Notes: a model not told the origin generated them from the letters alone. 63,871 bases of DNA, filler included, from Octopus bimaculoides (GCF_001194135.2; 7 parts of 6 records of this genome joined end to end with filler, not necessarily neighbours in it), one strand, 5' to 3'; counted from the whole stretch's first letter, positions 1 through 12,499 are shown. Program-made: numbers and translations.

Positions 1-29
1 GTATATATATGCACATATATGTATGTTTG

Positions 30-236
30 TGTGTCTGTGTTTGTCCCCCCAACATCGCTTGACAACCGATGCTGGTGTGTTTACGTCCCCGTAGCTTAGC
101 AGTTCGGCAAAAGAGATCGATAGAATAAGTACTAGGCTTACAAAGAATAAGTCCTGGGGTTGATTTGCTCGACTAAAGGCGGTGCTCCAGCATGGCCACA
201 GTCAAATGACTGAAGCAAGTAAAAGAGTAAAAAGAG
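30..236 (+). mobile_element. SINE family B, 3' half (relatively young copy)
   Basis: gtttgtccccc...cttgacaaccgatgctggtgtgtttacgtcccc...cagcatggcc. Recurs at about 3270, 4360, 28940, 31160, 42320 and in reverse at about 20755, 24575, 61105. Confidence 0.75.
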
Positions 237-732
237 TGTGTATATATATATATATATATAACAATTGGAGAGACCACTATGTGGATCCTTTGTATGCTAA
301 AAATAGATGTCAAACTGTCTTACCACTAAATCTGTGTTCTCAAATTAGCAAGATGCTAGATGTTTACAAGCTAAACAAATGAAAAGAAATAAACATAGCA
401 CTTAATTCCATATGTATACATACACATGTACAGACAGACAGACAAATAGATTGATGAATAGATAGGAGAGGGGTGGGAGGGAGAATGAAGGAAATGAAGG
501 AGGGAGAGAGTGATGGATTGACGACTAGAAATATTCAGACAGACAGCTGGTTAGAGAGAGAGAGAGATAAATAGATAGATAGATGGATAGACTAACGTAG
601 CTAAAGTGAGTGCCACCCAGGGCGGCCTTTCCTTTTGCTGCCCCTAGGCACCACAAAAAATACAGAGTATCAAATAATAGCAAATTTGCATTGTAATCCT
701 ACCTACATACTATAATACTATATGTGTGTGTG

Positions 733-765
<33 letters not shown>

Positions 766-950
766 TGAGAGAAAGAGAGAGAGAGAGAGAAGGGTAAAGA
801 CCCATTCAGACATGAATGACTATGGGATTTGCATCTGGAAATTTCCCCTCTGAGGCACAAGTCCGGACAAGATTGTTTGTGGAAGACCAGCAGTCACCCA
901 TGCACACCAATCTCAGTCGGCACTTACATATATATATATTATATATATAT

Positions 951-1009
<59 letters not shown>

Positions 1010-1011
1010 TA

Positions 1012-1378
1012 CAGGGTGTCCACAAAGTCTGGGTACATGGGGATTAACACATGCTTTTAAAACAAAACAATTTTATTTAATTTTAATGTTAATAAATAAT
1101 ATTTTCAAAATGATTTCTATCATTTTCAATGCATAACTTGATGCACCTTGCAAAATCCAGGTGAACTTGATTAAACAAGTCTACGTTGCCATCAGTTTCA
1201 GCACACTGACTGGTAATGTGTTCTCTCATGTGGTTTAAATCTGTAATCTTTATTGAGTAAACTTTCTCTTTCAACATACCCCAGAAAAAGTAAAAAAGGA
1301 AAATTATTATTTCTTATATTTAATTGTTTATGTTATGATTTTATTTACTCCCTGTACCCAGACTTTGTGGACACCCTG
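1012..1378 (-). mobile_element. Internally deleted Tc1/mariner-superfamily element (MITE-like)
   Basis: 26-bp perfect TIRs cagggtgtccacaaagtctgggtaca, TA on both sides. Retains a transposase C-terminus (LKEKVYSIKITDLNHMREHI...CIENDRNHFENIIY). Confidence 0.85.
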
Positions 1379-1423
1379 TATATATCTGTAATATAATATG
1401 TAACAATTATTCAATTGCTATAT

Positions 1424-1457
<34 letters not shown>

Positions 1458-2105
1458 ACATACACATATACATAAATACACACCATTTTTATTCATGAAT
1501 AAGTTGCATCCCTAATTCAGTGTTAAATCTTAGTACAAAATATTTTTTCCTTCATAGTTTTAGCTTTCCCCCCTGTATGTCACACTCCAGATTTTTTTCA
1601 GTTCAAATTAAGTATAAAATAGCATGCTTTATATATAATCAAATATAGCATGTGTGCATAGATATATAAGAAAAGAGATTACAAAAGAATAAACGATTAT
1701 CTTGTGAATTTCATTAGCTTACAGCTGTTTCCACTAGATATGGTGAACTCATAGTTGAGTGCCTGAGTAAAACCTTACAGCTTCATCAGAGCCTCAAACA
1801 TGAACTGTTTTCTTAATACCACTCTGTACTCAAATGACACTTCATACACAAATATATTGAATTCTACACAAAATATATATACATATATATCATCATCATC
1901 ATTTAATATCCACTTTCCATGCTGGCATGGGCTCACCCACTACACTCTCGGAGTGGTTGGCGTTAGGAAAGGCATCCAGCTGTAGAAACTCTGTCACATC
2001 AGATTGGAGCCTGGTGCAGCCATCTGGTTCGCCAGTCCTCAGTCAAACTGTCAAACCCATGCTAGCATGGAAAGCGGACGTTAAACGATGATGATGATAC
2101 ATATA

Positions 2106-2310
2106 CAATTCCAGCATAGAAGGTGTTTATAAGTCATTTAAAAAACACACAAAAACTGTTAGATTCACTTCGATGTTTAAATTTAATTTGTGTCAAAATA
2201 TTTTCGTCACTTTGAAATATTTTGACACCAATTAAATTTAAATATTGAAGTGAATCTAATGGCTTTTATGTTCTTTAAATGGCTTATAAACACCTTCCAC
2301 ACTGCAATTG
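2106..2310. mobile_element. Palindromic MITE (about 100-bp arms)
   Basis: gaaggtgtttataag...ttagattcacttc...gtgtcaaaatatt is mirrored by aatattttgacac...gaagtgaatctaa...cttataaacaccttc. Confidence 0.7.
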
Positions 2311-2363
2311 TTTTTGTTTCACCACGCGATCTCAGATCAAGTCACTTGCTATGCAAGTACATC

Positions 2364-2418
<55 letters not shown>

Positions 2419-2509
2419 ATATATTGTGGTACCAAAGTGTAAAGTTCCATCTTATGTAATGAGCTCAAATCAGCATCAAACAATTTATAAATATATTTAT
2501 TTGTTCAAA

Positions 2510-3034
2510 ATATAATCACCATCATTGGCAATAACATTTTCCCACCTCAAAGCAGCTTTCTGATTCCTTGTGCATCAAAACAAAAAATCAAGTTGTTCAG
2601 AAGAGAAAAGTGTTTCAAATACGATTTCAACATTGCCCCAGCTTCTGAATGTTTTCCCTCTGGTAAAGTGTTCAAATGACCTGAATCAGTAAATATTTGA
2701 TGGTTCTACATCTGGTGAGAAGGGAATGTAAAGTAAAGTTTCCCAGTCTAATGAATTTAGCCTTTCTTGGGTTATCTTGTTGGACCCACTACTTCATCCT
2801 CAACTCATGAGGTATTCATTTCCATTCTCTATACACTTTCCCAATTTGCTTCACTTGATCTCCCACAGAGGACCGTGGTTTGTTAAACCTCCAGGATAAG
2901 TCCCCAATACTTTGACGTAAATCCACTTCAGTTTTTGTTTTCACTCCCTCGTTATTGTGAACAGTTGGGTTTCCTGATTGATACCCATCCAAAAGATTGA
3001 AATCACATCTTTTACTTTCTGAACCTTCTAGCAT
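2510..3034 (-). mobile_element. Degraded, internally deleted mariner transposase relic
   Basis: QIGKVYREWK*IPHEL (WVPHEL motif), LDWETLLYIPFSPDVEPSN (YSPDLAPSD motif), FRSFEHFTRGKTF. Stops and frameshifts present. Confidence 0.75.
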
Positions 3035-3117
3035 TTAAAGCAACCATCTCTGGCCAATGGTCAAATTTGGCCTCTCATACCTACCCTACTATATCATTCT
3101 TAGATAACCTAAGAAAA

Positions 3118-3239
3118 ACCACGTGGTTCTGGGTTCAGTTCCACTGTGTAGTACCTTGGGCATCTTCTACTATAGCCTCAGGCTGACCAAAGCCTTTTGA
3201 GTGGATTTGGTAGACGGAAACTGAAAGAACCTCGTCGTG

Positions 3240-3270
<31 letters not shown>

Positions 3271-3470
3271 ATTTGTGTTTGTTCCCCCACCATTGCTTGA
3301 CAACTAATGTTGGTGTGTTTACATCCCTGTATTCTAGCAGTTCGACAAAAGAGACTGATATAATAAGTACTAGGCTTACAAAGACTAAGTCCTGGGGTCG
3401 ATTTGTTCGACTAAAGGTGGTGCTCCAGCATGGCCACAGTCAAACGACTGAAACAAACAGAACAAAAGAA
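3118..3470 (+). mobile_element. SINE family B with tRNA-like head
   Basis: ggttcagttccactg B-box-like head, accaaagcc...gtggatttggtagacggaaactga body, (TG)n linker, family B tail. Confidence 0.7.
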
Positions 3471-4549
3471 TAATCTCATCATTGAAGTCCCAAAACTACA
3501 AGATATTGCTTGATTTATTCAAAACAATTTGAATAAAGAAGCTTTACATTTGACAGCATCCCCTGAATGGCTGAAATATTCTTTTCTACCCTAGGCACAA
3601 GGCCCGAAATTTGGGGGGAAGGGGGTCAGTCGGTTAGATCGATCCAAGTATGCAACTGGTACTTAATTTACATTATTTACATTCGACAGATATTTGTCCT
3701 CATCTTGTTTGTTGTTAACGTGTTTCAGCTGATATACCTTGATATACATTGTGTTAACAACAAACAAGATGAGGACAAATATCCGTCGAATGTAAATAAT
3801 GTAAATAATGTACATAATTCCTCATCTCTTAAATATAGAACTGGTACTTAATTTATTGACCCCCCCCCCCCCCAAAAAAAAAAGGATGAAAGGCAAAGTC
3901 AACCTCGGTGGAATTTGAACTCAGAACGTAAAGACAGACAAAATACTGCTAAGCATTTCACCCGGCATGCTAATGTTTCTGCCAGCTCGCTGCCTTTGAA
4001 TAGCTGAAATATCAACCGACTTTTGGTCTTTCCAAATACCCACACCATTAGGATATCTTGTACATAGGTTTCCCATTGCATGTGTTGCATTGTTGCTCTT
4101 ATAAAATTCTCAAAGCATGCAGTACCAAATAAGTGCCTCACTAAAGTTCTTGTCTTACATGGGCCATCAGATAGGACACACACACACACGCACACGCTCA
4201 TACACACACACACGCGCACACACTCATACACAGACACACTGCATATGTCCGTATGACTGATTGATCATTAGCTTTATGCTGATTGGCTGATTGCAAAGAC
4301 ACCTTTTAATTAGTGAATTTGGGAGGTGGAAACTGTGTGAAACTGTCATATATACACGTATGTATTTGTTTGTCCCCCAACCACCAATTAGCATGTGTTG
4401 GTTTGTTTACATCCCCATGACTAAGCAGTTCAGCAAAAAGGGAACTGCTAGAATAAGTACCGAACTTAACAAAATATAAGTGTACAGGGGTCAGTTTAGA
4501 AAATTACTATTTGTAAATCCCACAACAAGAGATACTCAGCAACAGTACT

Positions 4550-4682
4550 TTGGAGTAAAGATTATTTGCCAGCATAACATGGCAGTCCTGGTTTAGGACG
4601 AATGTTGCTGGTGCTAAATTACAGCAACATTCGTCCTAAACCAGGACTGCCATGTTATGTTGGCAAATAATCTTTACTCCAA
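4550..4682. repeat. 61-bp near-perfect inverted repeat with 11-nt loop
   Basis: Arms 4550-4610 and 4622-4682 differ at one position (G:T on +). Confidence 0.95.
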
Positions 4683-4857
4683 GGGTCAGTTTGTTTGGCT
4701 AAAAACCTTCAAGGTGGTGCCCCAGCATGGCCACAATCCAATGAACAAAGCAAGGTGAAGATAAAAGATAAAAAATGAATAGAGCAAAAAGAAACCAAAA
4801 AGAAATCATTATTCAAACATGGACTAAATCCTTCCTTCTGTGTTTGTCTCTCTTTAG

Positions 4858-4934
4858 GAAATGTACTTTTGAAGCCAATCCTTGATGTCGGTGGCACTGA
4901 TATCTCCCATTGGTTTGACAAGATCACTCATGAC
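4858..4934 (+). CDS. CYB5D1: CYB5D1 internal exon (first exon not found in window)
   Basis: ctctttAG acceptor, GTGAGT donor, phase 1 to 0. Encodes (G)NVLLKPILDVGGTDISHWFDKITHD, matching the CYB5D1 segment [21 protein letters not shown]. Confidence 0.93.
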
Positions 4935-5419
4935 GTGAGTTCAGTCTTTAACCATCTTTTACAGTCTTACATTTTACATATCGCCACAGGTTCAACATCG
5001 ATTTTCCAGAGTCTTTGGTTCCAGAACCTTTCCAGGTTTTCAATTATTTTTCTGAACCACTGGGGTGGTCGTGTTGGTGAACATACTCGAAATTAAACAA
5101 ATATTAGATTTACTTAAATAATTAAATGAAATACGGGTAGCTGTGCATTTTGGGTAAATGATACAGGTTTGCTAATACTGTACATGCAAGGTAGTAGTCT
5201 GTTCATGGTACCAGTAAACTAGTCTGGATGGTCATGGAAATTCTAAGTTTTCACTTGAGTATTAATGCAGATTATAAAAGGTTCCAGACCATCAATGTCC
5301 GGAAAGTTAGTGTTGTAATTGTACTCATATTTATGTAAATACAGAACTAGTGTGTGTGTTTAGGTAATGTATATATAATATATTTATTTGAATATACAAC
5401 TAATATATATATATATATA

Positions 5420-6756
5420 TCAGGTTATCCCATAAGTTCTGTCCGAATTTTGAATAAAGAAAACAAGTGATCAAATGTTATATTTAATTGAAATTTAATC
5501 ATCAATGTACTTTCCCTGATTATCTATGACTTCCTTCCATCTATTTACAAGCTTTTTAATCCCATCAATGTAAAACTCTTTTGGTTTCAAAGCAAAGAAC
5601 TCTGAAATATCAGTTTCGACCTCCCCCTGGCTTGCAAAAGTTATGTCCCCCAAATGATTCTGTAAACTACGAAACAAATGGTAGTCTGAAGGAGCAAGGT
5701 CGGGAGAATNNNNNNNNNNNNNNNNNNNNNNNNNNNNNNNNNNNNNNNNNNNNNNNNNNNNNNNNNNNNNNNNNNNNNNNNNNNNNNNNNNNNNNNNNNN
5801 NNNNNNNNNNNNNNNNNNNNNNNNNNNNNNNNNNNNNNNNNNNNNNNNNNNNNNNNNNNNNNNNNNNNNNNNNNNNNNNNNNNNNNNNNNNNNNNNNNNN
5901 NNNNNNNNNNNNNNNNNNNNNNNNNNNNNNNNNNNNNNNNNNNNNNNNNNNNNNNNNNNNNNNNNNNNNNNNNNNNNNNNNNNNNNNNNNNNNNNNNNNN
6001 NNNNNNNNNNNNNNNNNNNNNNNNNNNNNNNNNNNNNNNNNNNNNNNNNNNNNNNNNNNNNNNNNNNNNNNNNNNNNNNNNNNNNNNNNNNNNNNNNNNN
6101 NNNNNNNNNNNNNNNNNNNNNNNNNNNNNNNNNNNNNNNNNNNNNNNNNNNNNNNNNNNNNNNNNNNNNNNNNNNNNNNNNNNNNNNNNNNNNNNNNNNN
6201 NNNNNNNNNNNNNNNNNNNNNNNNNNNNNNNNNNNNNNNNNNNNNNNNNNNNNNNNNNNNNNNNNNNNNNNNNNNNNNNNNNNNNNNNNNNNNNNNNNNN
6301 NNNNNNNNNNNNNNNNNNNNNNNNNNNNNNNNNNNNNNNNNNNNNNNNNNNNNNNNNNNNNNNNNNNNNNNNNNNNNNNNNNNNNNNNNNNNNNNNNNNN
6401 NNNNNNNNNNNNNAATTTTGCAAACCATCTTCTGCAAATTCTTTCATTCAAACATTCTTTCCCATAAACTGAGTGTATGTTTCGAGTCGCTTCGGCTGCA
6501 GAGTTTCCTTTTTTGTACTCATAAAGCATTATGTGCCTTAAATGCTCTTTGGATACTTCCATGTTAAAAAGGGTTTTAATCAAAGAAATTCAAAGAAATT
6601 TTAATTCTATTATTCTGTAAAATAATATCTAATTAGTTTAAATGTTCACAAATGCATAAAAATAATTTTTAATTCCATTAGACATTCTAAAATACTATTA
6701 AATTTCATTCAATTTTAAAAAAGGTAAAATCGGACAGAACTTATGGGATGACCTGA
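5420..6756 (-). mobile_element. Full-length-sized mariner (about 1.34 kb), centre unsequenced
   Basis: 27-bp TIRs tcaggt(t/c)atcccataagttctgtccga with 1 mismatch, TA flanks. ORF ends MEVSKEHLRHIMLYEYKKG... and SPDLAPSDYHLFRSLQNHL...YIDD* have no stops. Confidence 0.92.
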
Positions 6757-6931
6757 TATATATATCTATATACAAATACATTTGATTTTCGAGAATCTTT
6801 AGTTCTAAAGTGTTTCCAGATAATATTTTTTTTTTTTTAAACCAAGAGAGGTCATCTTGATCAAAACACTTTAAATTAAACAAATATTAAATTTACTTCA
6901 ATATTTAAGATGAAATACAGGTGCCTGTACA

Positions 6932-7576
6932 CAGTGGCCTGGGAACAAAATTTGCTTAAGGGGTGCAAACTCAGGCCCAAATTTGTTTACAAACAGCACC
7001 AATTTTTTTCAATCTTAATATCAAAACAAACACAAGTATAATGATATTTTATTATTATTATTATATATGGAAAAGTAATGCTTCAAATCATTTCCAAAAT
7101 TTTTCTATACTTGCTCATTTTGGTGATGAAGTTTTCCAAGAGGATATCCAAAGCATTTTCATTGCACAAGATTTTATATACATGTATTACAGCTAAGTGT
7201 GTCAGATGGTGTTGTGTCATTGTGGTAGGGAATCAGGTCTTCAAACAGCAAAGTGTGCTGAATGTACTTTCGCTTGGTGCAACAGACACAGGCTTCCAAC
7301 ATGAGGATGGCTCATGATCGTGCTGTTTAATAGGTCATCAATTGTTCTAGTATTGAAGAGTGACTTCCAATGCTGATTTTGTTGTTGTTTTTGTCGTTGT
7401 TGTGCAGTTGTGGTAAGGCTTGTAGCACTAGATCATGATGATAATGCGTGACTTGTGGTATTCAGAGGAAACAAGGAAGTAGATAGCTGGATTGTGAAGG
7501 GCTGTTGATTGTGGAGTTAAATAGTTCATCAATTGTGCTAGTATGGAGGAGTGGCCATGGTTGTTGCAGCTGTTGT

Positions 7577-7608
<32 letters not shown>

Positions 7609-8642
7609 ACAGAAGTAAATAGTCATCCTTATAATTGTTAGAATTTAAATCTGAAATTTTACATTCAAATTTATTTATTAATTGTTATAATGTGAATATT
7701 TAATATTTAGTAGACATGACCATTGCATTTTTCAATGCAAGGACCCTATGAGGCATGTTACTGATCAGATGACAAATGTTCTCTTGGGGAATTTCTTACC
7801 AAGTTTAATGCAGCAATCTCAAAAGATCTGGGTTTGAGGATGCTTTCTTGTTCTTTTTACGAAGTGTCCTGTCCATTATGACCCAGAGGCATTCAATAGG
7901 GTTCATATCTTGTGCTTGGCTTGGCCATGGAATCTTTTTAATGCCAGTCTCTTCCAACCAATCTTGGGTCTTTTTAGCTGTGTGACAAGGAGCCCCATTT
8001 GCCACCACTGGAGAAGATTGGAAAGAATCCTTTCTGCAATATGGACACATATTTATCTGAGTTTATGTTTCCCTCACACTCCACCAGCTCTGACCAACCA
8101 TTGCTCCAAATAGTAGCCATGTTTCTTTATTGGCTGCAATCTTTCCACATCAAATTTTCTATCACAGAGTCTCCAGACCCACACTCGACCAATGTCAGAA
8201 AATAAAACAATTCTGGACTCATCAGAGAATATGACAGTGTCCCAAAATGCTAGTGGCCTCTCCACCATTTCACTGGCCCAATCTTTTCTCCATTTAATAT
8301 TCACTGGTAGAAGAGGTGGTTTCCTTCTTGCTGTTCTGCCATAGTAGCCAACTTTGTGGAGATACCTGACAGCTATTCTGGGGCTGGAATCAACTTGTTA
8401 TGAGAGTACTTTGGTTCAGTAATATATCTTTCTAGGGATTTTGTGGGGTTTTCTTTATTTATTTCAATTCTTTGTTCTTACTTTGTGAAGAAACCTAACT
8501 TCAAGTAACTTACTTTTTACAGATCAATTTTTAAACATTATTTTCTAAGTCATGGAAAGGTAAGTAGGGGGTACAATATTGAATTTTGTGCACCCACAAA
8601 ATTTTAGAGGGTGCAAGTACAACCCCTCTTCCTGGGCCCTTA
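6932..8642 (-). mobile_element. Degraded hAT-type element with 8-bp TSD (cctgtaca)
   Basis: cctgtaca at 6924-6931 and 8643-8650; degenerate CAG(T/G)GGCC termini. About 7090-7310 (-) encodes PVSVAPSESTFSTLCCLKT*FPTTMTQHHLTHLAVIHV, resembling the hAT C-terminal dimerisation domain. Confidence 0.6.
7800..8400 (-). mobile_element. Tc1 (DD34E) transposase fragment nested in the hAT relic
   Basis: GYYGRTARRKP, VIFSDESR, NGAPCHTAK, WPSQAQDMNPIECLW motifs, frameshifted. Confidence 0.85.
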
Positions 8643-8934
8643 CCTGTACACTATTGTTAATTAGTTAGTGTGGATTATAAGGGGTTCTGGGCCATCAGTG
8701 TCTGGATAGTTAGCATTGTACTTGCATATTTTTATAAACATTCAACTAGTGTGTGTGTGTGTGTGTGTAATGTATATGTAATATATTTATATAAATATAT
8801 AATTAATATAGATAGATAGATAGATAGATAGATAGAACATTGCTTGTTCAGAATCTTTGGTTCCAAAGCGTTTCCAGATAATTACTTTTTTTCCCAAACC
8901 TTGACTAACTCTAAATTAGACAAACACCGCTTGC

Positions 8935-9290
8935 TTCAATGCCCTTGCTTGATGGGGCTGGGGTCATCCCAGTTTAGTGGTCCCAGAGACATCATCATGA
9001 ATAGAGCTGACCAATCCCACCACTGCCCTCCATCACTGACAGTCCTGTGCCAGCCTCTCTGCATCCACCAAGATGACATACAGCCTCTGCAGATCTTCTT
9101 TAATCACGTCCAGCCATCTTGTGTGGGGCCAGGGACTCTTCCTGGTCACAGCTGCTGCATCAAATGACAGTAAATCCCTGGTAAGATGACCTAGCTGGAA
9201 ACGGAGGACATGTCCATGCCAATTCAGGCAACAGATAGCTATGAAATACCGGTACCTGCACCTTAGTGTAAACTAGTGCAAATTTGGAAG
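8935..9290 (-). mobile_element. LINE (RTE-like) 3' fragment
   Basis: HGHVLRF...TRWLDVIKEDLQRL...DAERLAQD-type C-terminal motif. A related shorter copy lies at about 18040-18215. Confidence 0.65.
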
Positions 9291-9893
9291 TGCTTCCAGA
9301 CTAATAGTGTCTAGGAAGTCAATGTTGTACCTTTTTATTTCTATTCATATCACTGTATTTTCTAAATGTGATATTTAGTATTTTATTTTTCATATATCCC
9401 CTGAATTTTCTGTATTGTTAAACTTCTTATCGCAACAACAAGCTAACAAGGGACACACTGCATGGACATTTGACCTGCTAGAAATAGCAACCAGATTTCC
9501 TTCAAATATAAATCACATTGTTCTGTCTTTAAAAGGTGGTACAAATTTTCTAATGTAGATTTAGATATATTATCACCATCATCATCATCATCATCACTTA
9601 GTATCCACTTTTCTATGCTAGTATGGCTCAGATGGGATTAGATGAGGCAGATTTTCTACAGCTGGATGCTCTTCTTATCAAAAACCCTCAAATGTTTCAA
9701 AACTGACTGATATATTTTCGCAAGCCCAGACATGTTTTCACAGAAGATTGGAAATGAAGGACATCATTTGTATGACGGTGACATTTGTTTACAACCATCA
9801 CAAAGCATGAAGACAGTAACACCCCCCCACACACACACACACACACAAACACACAAACATGCTGATGCACATATATCTATTTATATCTATCTA

Positions 9894-11182
9894 TGAGAGG
9901 GTACCCAAAAGTAACCAGAAATGTTCTCCGTGGGACAAGCCATTGTAGTTCAGGCTTCTGCTGCTAGAAGCCACTTGATGCAACCCTCAGGCATCAGTCC
10001 GGCAATCGAGTGGAATTGTACTGCCACATAGTGGGTCTTTTATTTGGCAGTGTTTCTCCCCTGTTCATCAATTTTTGTGATAGCTGAATTGTAGAGACAG
10101 CGTGATTCCATGTAATTCTGTTTTCCGCTGGGGAAAATGGCAGCCAAAATAGCTCTCATGCACCAAACTGTTTACAAGGACACTGCCGTGAGCAAAACAA
10201 AGGTTTACAAGTGGTTTTCACACTTTGGGAATGGTCACTTGTTACTTGAAGACCAACTTCATCCAAGGCAACCATTAACCTCCCAAACGAATGGAAACAT
10301 CACGAAAATTCCTAAACTGATCTTGGAGGACCATCACTGAACAATTGATGAACTTGTTAATATGACTGGTGTGTCCTGGAGCTCCTACCAAGAATTTTGA
10401 GCAAGGAATTACAAATGAAAAAAGTTGCAGCAAAATTTGTGCCACGCTTGCTCACGGAAGATCAAAAGCAGTCACAACTGAATGTGTGTTGTGAACTGAA
10501 AGAACAGTGGGAAGTTGATCTGGACATTTTTTCGAAGATCATCAGTGGTGAAGAAAGCTAGAGCTACAGCTACAACTTGGAAATGAAGCAGCAGCCAAGT
10601 CAATGGCAGCATTCAATTTCACCATGCACCCCCAAAAGCGCGCCGAGTGAAGTTCGATGTCAAGATGATGCTGATTTGTTTCATTGATGCAAAAGGAATT
10701 GGTCCACACAGAATTTGTTCTTCCTGGTCAAACTGCTAACCGGACATTTTACTCGGCAGTTCTGAAGCAGTTGCGAGACGCAGTGAGACGAAAATGCTCT
10801 AACCAGTGGCAAAGTGGAGACAATGCACCTTTGCATATTGTCTTGAATGTGAAACAATTTTTGACCAAAAATGGCATGACCCCCCATGTACCCACCTGGT
10901 CTTGCTCCCTGAAACTTTTTTTTGTTCCCTTCAATGTAAAAAAAAAAACTGAAAGAAAAATGTTTTGCAGATGTAGAAAAGGTGAAGAAAAAAACGACAG
11001 ATTTGTTAAGCGGTGTCACTTCACAAGAGCTCTAGGACTGCTTCCAGCAGTGGAAAATGCATCTGAACCAGTGCTTTGCTTCAAATGAAGAATACTCCGA
11101 AAGCAATAAAAGTGTTAACATGTAAAAACTAAGTGAATAAAATATTATTGCAAAATTCTGGTTTCTTTTAGGTACCCCCTCT
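9894..11182 (+). mobile_element. Full-length but inactivated mariner (irritans-like)
   Basis: Imperfect TIRs (gaggg..gtacc.aaaag.aaccagaa), TA flanks, 1289 bp. KVAAKFVPRLLT, LVHTEFVLPGQT and DNAP motifs with stops and frameshifts. Confidence 0.88.
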
Positions 11183-11409
11183 TATCTATATACATGCTCA
11201 CACACACACATATATATATATACATACAATAGCCCTGTCTACCAAATCCACTCACAAGGCTTTGGTCAGCTTGGAGCTGTAGTAGAACACACTTGTCCAT
11301 ATCAATTTCTGTCAACCAAGTTTATACACACACATATACATATTCATACATGCACACATACACACCCACACTCATATACACATACATACACACATATTCA
11401 TACACACAC

Positions 11410-12185
11410 ATCATCATCATCATTTAACATCCATTTTCCATGCTGGCATGGGTTGGACAGTTTGACTGCAGATTGGGAAGCTGGGGAGCTGCACCAGGTT
11501 CCAATCCAATTTGGCATGGTTTCTATGGCTGGATGCCCTTCCTAGCATCAACTGCTCCAAGACTGTAGTGGGTGCTTTTTACATGCCAGTTATGAAACGC
11601 TGGCATTGACCACAACTATGATCTCACTAGGCTTGTCAGGTTTTCTCAAGTATAGCATATTGCCCAAAGGTCTCAGTCACCTGTCACTGCATCTGAGAGG
11701 CCTGAAGTTTGAAAGGTACTTTTTACATGCCACTGACATGGATGCCAGTTACACAACACTGACATCGGCCACAACTACGATTTCGCTTGGCTTTACTGGT
11801 CTTCTCAAGCACAGCATATCACCCAACGTTCAAAGTGTACACTTTACAAGCCATCAGCAAAAATGCCAGTTACAAGACCCTGGCATTGACCACAACTGCG
11901 ATTTGACTTGGCTTGATGGGTCTTGTCAAGCACAGCATGTCGCCAAAGGTCTAGGTCACTTGTCATTGCCTCCGTGAGGCCCAACATTCGAAGATCATGC
12001 TTCACCACCTCGTCCCATTTCTTCCTGAGTCTACCTCTTCCACAGGTTCCCTCCACCGTTAGGGATCAGCACTTCTTTACACATGACCATACCAGTGCAG
12101 TTGTCTCTCTTACACACCACATCTGATTCTTTTTATGCCCAACTTTTCTCTCAAGACACATACACTGTTGTGCATGCACACTGAC
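11410..12185 (-). mobile_element. RTE-type LINE 3' end with (GAT)n tail and internal triplication
   Basis: EGTCGRGRLRKKWDEVVKHDLRMLGLTEAMTSD ORF end, followed by a 3' UTR ending in a (cat)n tract on +. Confidence 0.75.
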
Positions 12186-12268
12186 ATTGCACATTCATAC
12201 ACACACACACATACATAAGTATGTACACATGTATAGACAAATGAAACTTTTTAAAATAACCCTTTCAG

Positions 12269-12487
12269 GTCCGCAGATACGTTGATCCTGAAACTCACTG
12301 CCTTATTCCTTATTGTCCAAACGGTCGCTTTCTTCACATCCCGCCGCCTTACCCAGAATCCAGCTGGGCAAATGACTTTGGTTGCCCCTGGTGGAAGAAT
12401 GAAAATTTTCTGGTTGGCTTTCTCTCCCAAAAGACTTGCCGTATCAAGATTGTAAACTCGTTAACATCACAGGAACAAATAATTGAG
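12269..12487 (+). CDS. CYB5D1: CYB5D1 internal exon
   Basis: cctttcAG acceptor, GTAAGT donor, 219 bp, phase 0-0. Encodes VRRYVDPETHCLIPYCPNGRFLHIPPPYPESSWANDFGCPWWKNENFLVGFLSQKTCRIKIVNSLTSQEQIIE. Confidence 0.95.
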
Positions 12488-12499
12488 GTAAGTCATACA

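Noticed and set aside
2816-3034. 72-aa ORF as the exon of a host gene
   Set aside because: It is the decayed N-terminal part of a mariner transposase leading into the WVPHEL-like motif.
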